Of a DNA stretch of 64,000 bases, positions 52,379 to 64,000 are shown one piece after another (the first letter of the stretch is position 1; the number at the start of each line of letters is the position of its first letter). The notes below the pieces were generated by a model, which was given only the letters and a program-made list of their open reading frames with translations, was not told the origin of the DNA and did no database searches. Both the position numbers and the translations under genes were made by a program. The stretch covers positions 69,874,001-69,938,000 of the forward strand of contig NC_043001.1 in NCBI RefSeq assembly GCF_006345805.1. The letters run 5' to 3'. Origin of the DNA: Octopus sinensis. Its lineage: Eukaryota.

Positions 52379-53106
52379 TTCAATTTTTTACTGTATAGTT
52401 GCATTATCACTAAGCAGTGAAGAGGAATAAATGAACTTTAACTTAGCTAAAATATGTTTGTAACATATTTTAACGATGGAGAAAAATTTCTCACTTACGG
52501 TAAGCTTAGTAAAAACACCATACCTACTCAGTACTGCTTCTAGTGGATTCCTTTTCGCATTGCTTACTCAATGGGAATCACCAAACAATGATTACCTTGA
52601 GTATATTTAGAAGGAAATAATATTGTCAAATAATGTAATGACATTTCTTTCAGGGGAGTGGTAATCGTATAGATTGGGGGGAATGTACGAAATGTACACT
52701 ACTTGCATAGCTCGGAATGAATACTTTCATATAGATAATGGAAACATGTGACGGCAAATGTCTAAAGTAATTATTTAAGGGATGTTGAAAACACAGCATT
52801 ATGAATATCATTTTGTAAGGAATAGAGCGTAAATGGTAACCTATAAATCACATGGTTCAAGATTATCCCGAGAATTGGATAATACTTCTCGTAGTAAGAT
52901 AGGAAGTCCGGGGAAGTAGATTCCTGGTCCTACATGATTGAGAATCATGAAGAGCGACAGAAAGATAATCTATGGATGATGGGTGAACATAAATATATTT
53001 AATAGTAAGGCTTATAAGGATACGTGTAAACACATTGGTGTGTCGAGTGGCGCTTTTGAATGTTAGCCAAAATAACTATAATATAAAATAACACACATAA
53101 ATTTAT

Positions 53107-53152
<46 letters not shown>

Positions 53153-54711
53153 ATATATATATATGAATGTATATATGTTATATATATATGCATATATAGG
53201 CATATATATATGCATATATATGCATATATATAAAGAACAAACACACATACGCACACTCGTACATACATGCATATATCTACACACGCACACACACATTGAG
53301 TAATAGTCTCACTTTGTTCTTTATCTTGCGTTGATTTCTTTGTTACAGAGAATCCACATTAATCAGTTCGGATAACCTAGTACACATGTACATATGCATA
53401 TGTATGTATGTATAATTTATATGCAAATATATGTACTCATGTATACCCGCGCGCACACATGCACACACAAACACACTCACAATTGTGTGGGTATCTATAT
53501 ATTATTGGGATACTAATGGACATTACTGTTATGTCAACTCTTAATATCCTGACATACACTGATTATCGGCATCTATTCAATTAATGTTGATGTTTCATTT
53601 ATAATCAATATAATTTATTACTAGAGTGATGTTATACCACTATCTGATCTTTAATAACTACTTCTAAGTACTAAGTGTTATTAAATATTTAATAACTTTA
53701 CCTTGGTTCACATAGGATTTCTGTTACGTACAGATGGAAATAATTTCTTCTAATCTCTGTAATTTCCAAGTTAATCATTATTTCTATAATTCCATTTAAT
53801 AAATTGCGAGGGGAGCGAAAATTGTGCGAGCGTCAGGGATAATCGGATTGGTGAATGACAAGCAACTGCGCATGTACTTCGGCATTCCAAAGACACACAT
53901 ACAAACACATGAGCATACATCTGTGCGTGCGCACGCGCGTCTGTGCAAGTGCATGTAAGAATATATATATTTATAAAATTATGCTTATATACCTATGTAT
54001 GTATGTTTGAACATATGTTTGTATATATGTCTCTCACTAAATTTGTATGTATGTGTGTGCGTGCGTGCGTCTGTGTGTGCGCGCGCGCGTGCGTGTGTTT
54101 GTGTCTGCGTGTAAATATATAACTAGGTGTATCTACTATATGTTAGAAGAATCATTTTAGGCATTTAAACACGAATATTCACAGTTTTTTCCATGAAAAA
54201 CATCTAGAAATTCAGCAATCGATTCACTGATATATTTTTAGAGCGACCTTTGATTAACAGCCGAAATATACAAAAGGGTGGATACTAACAAATGAGAATT
54301 CCTTCTCTCGAGAGGCGTATTGTCCTTCAAAGACCTAATGTACAGAAACATGTCAAATATGTCTGTTTATAGCAATGCTAAAAATGATTTCATACCCTGA
54401 AATTTTAATTACACTTTAAGGGTTAGACTGACACAAATGGACAGATATTAGAGTAAGATAATATCTGTGCGATAATATCTGTACATAGATACATCTGCTT
54501 TGAGTTAAGAATCCAATATTTCATCATTCTTTATTTAAACTACTAAAAGAAAATTGACCTTCGCACTGTATCCCCGTGTACGTCAGTGCTAACGTGCTTA
54601 CACACACACACACACACTCACACACACATATGTATGTGTATATATATTTACATAAAGGCGCAGAAGTGGCTGTGTGGCAAGTAGCTTGCATACCAACCTT
54701 ATGGTTCCGGG

Positions 54712-54764
<53 letters not shown>

Positions 54765-54816
54765 ATAAAAAACGGTAAAATAAAAAAAGAAAGATATTAT
54801 GCAAGTAGAGGAATTT

Positions 54817-55063
54817 ATGTGTAAATGTAATATGTGAGAATTATTTGGTGGCCAAGATAAAACTCCTTACTTAGCGGTCATTCGAATAGCTCTTTTGTCT
54901 TAATAGCGGTCAATAACACAGTGATTTCCCTTTGTATAACGGTCGTATTTTATAGCGTTTCCGATGGCCGGATAACTGAAGAGATAGTGGCGTGGATTTC
55001 CACCTCTGCATCCGAAACTCGGAGTTTTATCTTTGCTACCGAATAATTGTCACATATTACATT

Positions 55064-55070
<7 letters not shown>
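54817..55070. mobile_element. Short inverted PLE-tail structure around a hammerhead
   Basis: 54817-54866 is the reverse complement of 55021-55070; (TA)n on both sides. Confidence 0.7.
54971..55031 (+). ncRNA. Type I hammerhead ribozyme
   Basis: GATAA-CTGAAGA-GAT...ATCC-GAAA-CTCGGAG-TT-TTATC; stem I GATAA/TTATC. Confidence 0.75.
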
Positions 55071-55109
<39 letters not shown>

Positions 55110-55227
55110 TATATATATATGTGTGTCTGTCTGTGTGTGTGTGTGTGTACACACATAAATATATGCATATTTACATACATATATGTTCATACCTACATAT
55201 ATATGTATATATACATGCATATATGGG

Positions 55228-56092
55228 TATGTTTTTATTTTTTATGTTGTCGTTTCTTATTTTGCGTACGTTTTTTTATCTCCTGTATCCAAATATGCAT
55301 GTATATATACATATATATATATACGTATGTACATATATGTATGTATATATGCATTAATTTATATATTATTTATATTATTATATGATGGAACACCACGCAT
55401 CCGTTTTCAAGTAAGATTTATCTTAATAATTACGATGCGCACTCTTATTCTATCCCTATTCTTTCTATCTATCCTCCTCTCTTATTTCTCTTCCTTTCCG
55501 CTTTTCTCTCCCACCCTTTCCCTATTCTTCTCCTCTCCCCTTCATCGCTCCATCTCTCTCTCTCTCTCTCACTCTTCCAGCTTGACTCTCTCGTTGCTCA
55601 CAAGTGCTTTTATCTGTCTCTTCTCAAAGCTTGTTTTTCAAGCGTTAATCGCTTCACATCGTCATGACTTTTACTGTTTTGTTCTCACTGTCTTGATTTT
55701 GTTACCACTTTCACCCTTCGCAAATGGTCCCAAATTTTATTTAATTTGCTTTGCGGGAAGGACTGTTTTAACGAAGTCGCGTCATGTCTCTATCTTCGAA
55801 ACACGGAGTAGATAAAACAGGGGACAACTGATGAAGGGAATGTTCTTTATGTTGCCTCTCTAGTTTCTCTATTTGTTACTTTCGTTGTTCGAAACAAAGT
55901 TCGTTTCCTATGTATATGTTTTTTATGTTATCGTTTCTAATCTACATTTTTGGTCTTTTGATGTTCTGTACCCATATATGCATGTATATATACATATATA
56001 TGTATGTAAATATATGTATGTATATATGCATATATTTATATATTATTCATATTATTATATGATCGAACGCCACGCATCCATTTCTAAGTAAC
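55228..56092 (+). repeat. Diverged direct repeat (~190 bp, period ~675 bp), LTR/pLTR-like
   Basis: ...CTGTATCCAAATATGCATG...ATATGATGGAACACCACGCATCCG vs ...CTGTACCCATATATGCATG...ATATGATCGAACGCCACGCATCCA. Confidence 0.7.
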
Positions 56093-56124
56093 TTTTATCT
56101 ATCTATCTATCTATCTATCTATCT

Positions 56125-57006
56125 GTGCTACCGAGAAGCGCTACCCGTTCGGGATAAGCTCTACAGACACGGCTCGAGAAACACGGGGCCGACCTGCCCG
56201 AGATGCGGTCAGAGCGACGAAACCGTTCTGCACGCACTCGTTCAGTGTCCAACAATTTCCGACCTGTGGGCTTATGTCGAACAACTGCTGTCACGTGTGG
56301 GACGAGTCGGTTTATCAGCTGAGTCTATCGTCAATATTGTCACGCCTCCTTCCTTCAAACGGGAAGGAAGAGCTATTTTCATCATCCTTGTGGCTATGGC
56401 GAAGGAATGTATCTGGTGGACGCGTCTGAAAGGATTGGAGACAAACACTTTCCTCTCTGGTCAATCTCTCATCAACTTCTTCAAGTACCACTTGAAAAGG
56501 AAAGTGAGAGTAGAGAGGCAAGTTTTGTGTAGCGAATGTTTTAAAAAAAGATGGGTGAATGTAGCAAGAATGGCACGTATGAATGACGAAGCCACCTTGA
56601 GCATAGTCCTATGAACCCAGAAATCGAAAACAGAGAGTTGCTTATTTGCAAAAAAAAAAAAAAAAAAAGAAATATAAAATGTGACTTCATTGACCGAGGT
56701 TACCGTGGTCTTTTCCGCAGGCTTTTCTTTCCACGGGTAAACCTCACCTGTCCTCCCCTTTACACTTCATATTGACATTTCTGTGATAACGATCCCTATT
56801 GATCATTTTTTTTCGTCTCCCCCCCTTTTTTTTTTTTTTTTTTTTAACCCCCCTTATTTTTGTCCTCTTTCTCTCCTTTTACGATCCCTTTTGATCGAAC
56901 CTCCCCCTTCCTTTTTTTTTTTTTTTTTTTAATACCTTCAAAAGAAAAGCTCTACCTTGTAATTTGTTCTATCTGTGTGCAGCCCTGTGTGGCTAATAAA
57001 GAAACA
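56125..57006 (+). mobile_element. 5'-truncated Tx1/L1-clade LINE inside an (ATCT)n array
   Basis: Open frame with C-terminal zinc knuckle, 3' UTR with AATAAA, ATCT repeats on both flanks. Confidence 0.85.
56126..56614 (+). CDS. LINE ORF2 C-terminus (CCHC zinc knuckle)
   Basis: REALPVRDKLYRHG..TCPRCGQSDETVLHALVQCPTISDLWAYVE...; uninterrupted to TGA at 56614. Confidence 0.85.
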   Translation, partial: CYREALPVRDKLYRHGSRNTGPTCPRCGQSDETVLHALVQCPTISDLWAYVEQLLSRVGRVGLSAESIVNIVTPPSFKREGRAIFIILVAMAKECIWWTRLKGLETNTFLSGQSLINFFKYHLKRKVRVERQVLCSECFKKRWVNVARMARMNDEATLSIVL

Positions 57007-57241
<235 letters not shown>

Positions 57242-57426
57242 ATTATATATGTGTATGTGTGGATGGGTGGGTGTTTGGGTGCGTGTGCATATACAGATAT
57301 ATATATACTTGTATAAATAAATCCGTATATATACATATATATATATGCATGTATAAAAACATTTTATATCTACACACATGCACAAACGTATGCTGCATAC
57401 ATACACACATATATACATACATATGT

Positions 57427-57487
<61 letters not shown>

Positions 57488-57756
57488 AATATAAATATAA
57501 TCATATATGTAAATATAGATTTCACATGCATGTACACATTCGTGTATAAATATGTATGTGCATGTGTGTGAGCATATACACATGTGTATGCAATTACGTA
57601 TGGATTCCTAAATTAATGTATTCAATAAACATGGTACACACTATAAAGTCGATTTATCTTTCCTGCAGCAAAAGGCGTCAATGTGTCGTTTGTGGAAAAC
57701 TTTGATGTGACGGGAACACTATAATAATTATTGACAGAACAATGTCACCCGGAAAT

Positions 57757-57788
57757 TATTATTATTATGGTTGTTGTTGTTGTTGTTG

Positions 57789-57866
<78 letters not shown>
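57757..57866. repeat. (GTT)n/(ATT)n microsatellite
   Basis: Direct reading. Confidence 0.9.
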
Positions 57867-58187
57867 GCTGAAACAATAACGGTATTTCTTTTGTAATTCA
57901 TCAGAAATGTGGAGAATGTTTTTCGGTATTAGCATTCCTAATAATTATGCCTTTTCAGTATACACAACTAAATCACCATACACTCACGCTGGCTCATAAT
58001 CACACACGCGTAGATAGAAAAGTGAGGGAAGGTGAGTGATACAGAGAGGGAGAGAGGGGGGGAGAAAGAAATACTATTACAAACACTAGCAAATATACTT
58101 ATATTAACTTATATAAAACCACACATGTATATATGTATCTATAGAAATGCGCAGAATTGTTTGCATACGCACAAACGTGTAAATATG

Positions 58188-58223
<36 letters not shown>

Positions 58224-58755
58224 TATGTGTGTGTGTGTTTATGCAAATATAAGCGTATACGTATCAAAACGTGTGTACATATATTTGTACATTTATTCAT
58301 ATGCATAAACATATACGACTGCATTGATATACACACGCACAAACATACACACACATATGTACATGTATTCATATACTGATGCATGCCCATACACACAACA
58401 CACACAAGTACACTAAAATATATGATTTACATACAACCACACAAAGGCATATACTTACACACAGACAAAGACTTGTCTCTACATGTGTTTATCTGGGAGT
58501 GGTATGCATCTAAATGTTCGTCCTTTTCTTCATTTCAATCTCTTTCTCGTCATGTTTCTATATATCAATGGAATATTCTCATAAATGCTATCTGTTTAAG
58601 CCGTTTTATTATGAGCTGTATAAGACGACTCGCCTTGCTTTGGGTAGACTGTGGTTCAAATACATACTCAGTATTATGTATATGAAAGCACTACGGATGT
58701 CTTGATAGGTTCCTGATAATATATATCTATATTTTATTTATTTATTTTTGTATTT

Positions 58756-59064
58756 ATGCACCCCTTTTGAAGCCTAGCCAGACTCACGGGCCCGGTTTCC
58801 CGGTTTCTATGGCGTATGTGTTCCCCCCCCCCAGCTGGACGGGACGCTAGTACATCGCAGCGTTACTCAGGAAACAGGAAGAAAGTGTGAGAGAAAGTTG
58901 GGGCAAAAGAGTACAACAGGGGTCGACACCCCTACCCCCGTGCAGGAGCCTCGTGGAGCTTTAGGTGTTTTCGTTTTCGCTCAATAAGCACGCACAACGC
59001 CTGATCTGGGAATCGATACTGCGGTCTTCCGACCGCGAGTCCGCTGCCCTAGCACAGCGCCTCC
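58756..59064 (-). mobile_element. tRNA-derived SINE, fourth family
   Basis: Reverse complement GGAGGCGCTGTGCTAGGGCAGCGGACTCGCGGTCGGAAGACCGCAGTATCGATTCCCAGATCAGGCGTTG... (tRNA-like head). Confidence 0.65.
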
Positions 59065-59784
59065 ATATATTTATACTACTATAATAAAATTGCGTATTAA
59101 TTAGTCTAAATATGTAATATTAACTATGGTATAGTAATTATATATCTTTACCCTGTTTGTAATAAATTCCAGTCTTAACATACTTTTAGCAGCATGTCGT
59201 TTTAAAGATTCTTTTTTTATTGAATACGTCAACAACACGCTTCAATCAGAAAACTCCTTTTATTCACTGATTCACTGACAACGTTTTTTTTACTGCCTTA
59301 AGTTCCTTTCCATTTTGTCCTCTCTCTATGTTTCTTTCTAAATTCTCTGTTTATCTTCCCTATTCCTTTTAGTCTTTCTATTCATATAAAGCAGTAGAGT
59401 ATGTATGTGGAAATATGTATTGCAGTAAGGTCTGTTAAGTGAATTCAAGATGGATAATAATAATTGAATTCAGACATAAATTTCAATAGACCGTGAGGAA
59501 ACATTTATGACTGCAGCAATTTTATAAAGCAAACTGGTAAGACATTTCATTTGTTAAAACATTATAAATATTCAAATGTTCATCAAAATGTAGAATAGAG
59601 GTTAGAGAATAACCGAAATACAGTATCACAATAATTTTGGTTACTTCTATTCAGAGATTGGTAGAAAATGCTAAGCTTAACTTAAAATCTTCTTCCTTGC
59701 AATTTGTTCAGACTGCAACGTGAAATCAAACTGTCTTCACGTCAAGTTCCCTGGTCGCTCGTCGCAAAATCTCTTCTCTCTGGG

Positions 59785-59851
59785 GAATGAACGAGCCAGA
59801 ACTTCCCATTTTATAACCGACTAACTGACGCCAGGCCTGTCCATTACGTTA
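59785..59851 (-). promoter_or_regulatory. Candidate Pol II core promoter (TATA + Inr + bZIP-like sites)
   Basis: TATAAAA at 59815-59809 lies 27 nt upstream of the A in TCATTC (59788); TGACGCCA and TTACGTTAA nearby. Confidence 0.25.
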
Positions 59852-62082
59852 AAGATGTGGATGATCCAAGTAAATCAAAATGGGCCCAACCATCACGCAT
59901 TAAACTAAAATGGGCAGTTCAAATTAAAGATCACCAACGCGGGCAGCTAAAGTTCACAAGCCCCCATGTTGCCGCTACGCATATATCGTTATAATATTTA
60001 CTCTGGCTTTTATCTTCATACTTCAATTTTTACCGTCTTTTGCTGTTGGTCTTTGTCTCGGCTCACTCTCATAGAGTTCGCGTGCATCTTTTCTTCAATT
60101 ATTTCGCTTCATGTTGCCCCGTACACTATTATTTACACTTTCATTCGCTATCTCTCGCTTCGTTTCGATTATTTACATAAAAATATGTTTTTCTGTGAAA
60201 TACTTGAAGAATGTTTGTGCAAACTTTTACTCTATATATATTTAGCATATCAAAATTAGAAATATTTCAATTCACAATTTATAGATATATATTGGTGGCA
60301 GAAAACCGATGATGAGTTTTGTGGCATTATAAAATATTAGTAGATCGCTCTTACGGTGTAAGACCATTAATGATCCCACCTTAACATGAGTTTATGTTTA
60401 GGTATAAATCCCAGTTTAAATCTCTTCATAAACACAGTCAGATAATTTAAAGAAAGTATCTTTTATCACACTAAATCTCCTAATTTGCAATTTTGTTTCA
60501 TCCCAGGTCCAATCCTTATTATATTTCTATTGGATTGTCAGCTACACTATAAGGATCAAGATCCCTCTAACATTAGATTAAGGTTTGGGACTTTATCCGC
60601 TCAGGTTCAGTTTACGAATCTTAGCCAAAATACACGAAATTGATGTATAGCAAACGAATCAACGGCGTAATTAATATTGGTAGTTATTTTAAAGATCTGT
60701 TGCTTATGGTGGTGAGTCAAAGATGGTTCCAGATAGTAATTGATCTCATTCGTGGTTCTATAAAATCAAGAATAATTTCCATGGTTTGTAATCATCCCTA
60801 TGAGGAATAACTGATCATCTATTCTACAAGTAAATTTTCCACGTCGGCATTTTAACCCACAGTTTCTTCATCATAAATAATCAATTATGCAATTATATCC
60901 AATATATATTATTTTACTTATAACCACTGTTAATGTCCTGTCTTTGTTGGCGATTTTAACCATAAGCGGGCAGCCTCAACTTTCAGCTTATTCATGGATC
61001 CTTCATAATCATGAATTATACACAACTATAAATCAATATTCTTAGCAGATCAAAATATTGTAGTTGTTTCAAGAAATATATTTCGTGCATCTTATATTCC
61101 TTTATCTACTATATTGGATACTCATTTAGTTAAAATACAATTAAGAATTCAAATACCATGGAATAGATCACATACAGTTACTTTGTATATTTGAGATCAT
61201 TCCAACGTGTGCACCTGAATTGAGTTATCTGGTTTATTTTGTTTGAGGAAGTCTATTGAAATTTTTGTACTCGTATCCATAGAGACGGATATCATAATTG
61301 TCTAATTGTGTTATGTGACTTAGAATTTGAATGTTTGCTTCTTCAACTAAAGCCTCTTTGCAAAGCAAATATCCTTGCAGAAGTCAATAGATACGACCTC
61401 CTTTCCGATATGCAGTGCAAACTTGTCTGCAGACGCAGCAGAAGAACCCAAGAAAATATCGGTTATTGAAGAGTAGGTAGAAGTAAGTGGATAAAGGCTC
61501 TATATATATAATGGTGATGGACATCATAAATTAACCCTACATCATTACTTAATGTGATTCTGCGAGTAATGCTTGAACTGTGACTAGGGTACAATGCGCC
61601 TTGTTTCAAATCGTTCAGAAGTTTTGAGAGACCTAAACACAAAGAACAACTTGTTATAATTGTGTCTAAAAATAAAGCTAAACATTTCTGTGATAATATT
61701 CTGGCAAATGAAATATGATATCCCTTAAGTGGGAAGACACACACTGAATTTTACAATTTGTGAAAATTGTGTGCTTGCCAGCTCTATCAAATCACATTTC
61801 AAATAAAGAATTCTGATATATGTTAATTTGTCGATTTCGGAATTCTCATTTGTAATTTCAACATGAATATATAAGACCTTCTCAATGGAGGCTCACGAAA
61901 GAGGTGCTGACCAAGACTGATGTAAGCACACTTCTTTCAAAAGAGAATACACAAGGAAATTAATATACACTTTTGCGGATGTTTGCTTCTATAAAAATGG
62001 GCCATACATAAACACAAATATATAGCGGTAGATATACCTAATGATGACACCTGTATTCCTCTGTATTTCTTTCTCTATTCAT

Positions 62083-62181
<99 letters not shown>

Positions 62182-64000
62182 TTGTATTTAGTACGTACAG
62201 GAATGCCTTTAATGTATTTCAATATTTCATTATTTTTTATTATTGAAATTATATTACTTCACTCTTAAAATATTAGTTGAGCTTCGCTCGAACACACTAG
62301 AATAAGCATGAATAGATTTTTATTTTATGTTTTTATTAGATCAATAGTTGCATTCTTTAGCTTTCTGTGTCTTTGCTTTGTCGTAAATAGATAATATGTG
62401 ATATCTATCCTTATATGTATGGTATTGAACGTATGTATTTCATCGGCCGAATTTGAACATAGAAACTTTAGACGGAGATAGTAGGTAACGATGTAATTTT
62501 ATTACTTGTCCATAAGAAACATGAAGCATAAGTACATGTTTATTATGGACTTCCAGTACCGTATGCGCAATAATATAATGTAACCGGTGTAATTTCTACA
62601 CATACTTTTCATACAGTGTATGTTATGATAATATCGGAATTCAGTATGAAAATAAAAATGATGTGATACCACTCATGCAGGCTGGCGCATATCACATATA
62701 TCTACACATATACTACAAAATGAAACTTGAAATTTAGAAAAAAATGTGATGCGTAATAGTATGTGTATGCGCGAGCGCACCATTTTACTTCTCACATCAA
62801 ATTCCTATATAAACACAATTTACACTTTCTGAAAAGCATTTGTAGAATGTTTAAAAATAGCCATTTTCCCGAAACATATGAGCAAACAAATCCGTCTCAA
62901 TTAAATTTTCTGAAATTCCTCTTCCCACCCCACCGAATAGTAATTTTTTTACAACAAATTCCGTTATGATCTGATTCTACATCACCTGAAGCATATTAGT
63001 AGGAAATTTCATTAAGACATTTTCCTGGATGTTATCAGGAAACAACGCGGTGGAGCACATTTGGCATGTATGCCCATTGATTTCACATAAGTGATACTTA
63101 CATAAGTGATAAGTAAGATTTCACGTAAGTAATACTAAGATCACGTTGCTATTATATATCTATATATCGATTTGCTTCACTTCACTTTCTGTTTGCATGT
63201 AACGTTATTTGTTTATATAACTGTATGTTATATTTAAGCTAAGAATAAACTTCTTTCGTTCGGTTTGCATCAAAAGGATGACAATAATGTGAATGAGTTG
63301 ATCTCAATTTTTTACTACATATTAAAATGTATTGGTAATATTTAGGTAGTAATTTTTCATTGACTTGTATATAGAAGTTCTTTTAACGTAGTTACATTTC
63401 ATCCACTTACTCCCTTTTACGTTTGACGTTCGAGATTCATTCATGTTGCTTCACTTGCCGGCGTTCTTTCCATGTGCATTCCATATGTTTAATTCCGCAT
63501 ATACCCCACAGGAATGAGACTGTGATATCAAATCCATGTAAAACATGCTATCGTTAAAATAGCGTGTTTGACTTCTATATGTATTTTTATATGAGCGTGT
63601 TTGTGTGTGTATACACACATTCATACATGCATACATACATAGATACATGCATGCATACATACACACAAGTCCAGAATTGTGTTTCTGTTTTGTGTTTCGT
63701 AACCTGCAGTTGTAAAGTTCTTTCATACCATCTAAGTTCATATAACAAGTATTACTGATGTACTGAGCAAAGCTACTTGCTAAAATATTGTTGTTGTACT
63801 TCAGAAGAACATAATTAGATAATGCCTAACTAAAATTCTATAACGATAAATATATATAGATCGATATGATAAACTGATAATTGCTATATTGATATCAGAT
63901 CTAGACAAAACATTTCAGCATGCCAACCTGTCTTGATGTCGTTTGAAATATTGTTAAATGGTACGCTTTTATTCACTGACAAATATATTCAAATCGTAGT

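Noticed and set aside
61370-61530. Short ORFs/exon candidates (e.g. LFNNRYFLGFFCCVC on the minus strand)
   Set aside because: Under 50 codons, no recognisable family, weak splice signals

Overview
AT-rich, microsatellite-laden eukaryotic non-coding DNA. It is most likely from an octopus: this is inferred from many copies of cephalopod-type tRNA-derived SINEs, and no database search was run. No host protein-coding gene is recognisable; there is only one candidate micro-exon and one candidate promoter. Almost everything recognisable is mobile DNA: at least 4 mariner derivatives, a decayed autonomous Helitron (Rep + Pif1 helicase), 3 non-autonomous Helitrons, CR1 and Tx1/L1 LINE fragments, many SINEs, foldback elements, a 1669-bp tandem duplication and numerous Penelope-like elements (PLEs). 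The main signals are: (i) about a dozen type I hammerhead ribozyme motifs from several PLE families, including a repeated non-canonical minimal core; (ii) a recurring back-to-back inverted PLE architecture bounded by microsatellites, with a base-resolved microhomology switch; (iii) a Tx1-like LINE inserted in an (ATCT)n array; (iv) a Helitron family carrying a captured LINE ORF1-like piece; (v) a long-TIR foldback element carrying TTAGGG repeats. Most ORFs in the supplied track are microsatellite artefacts.
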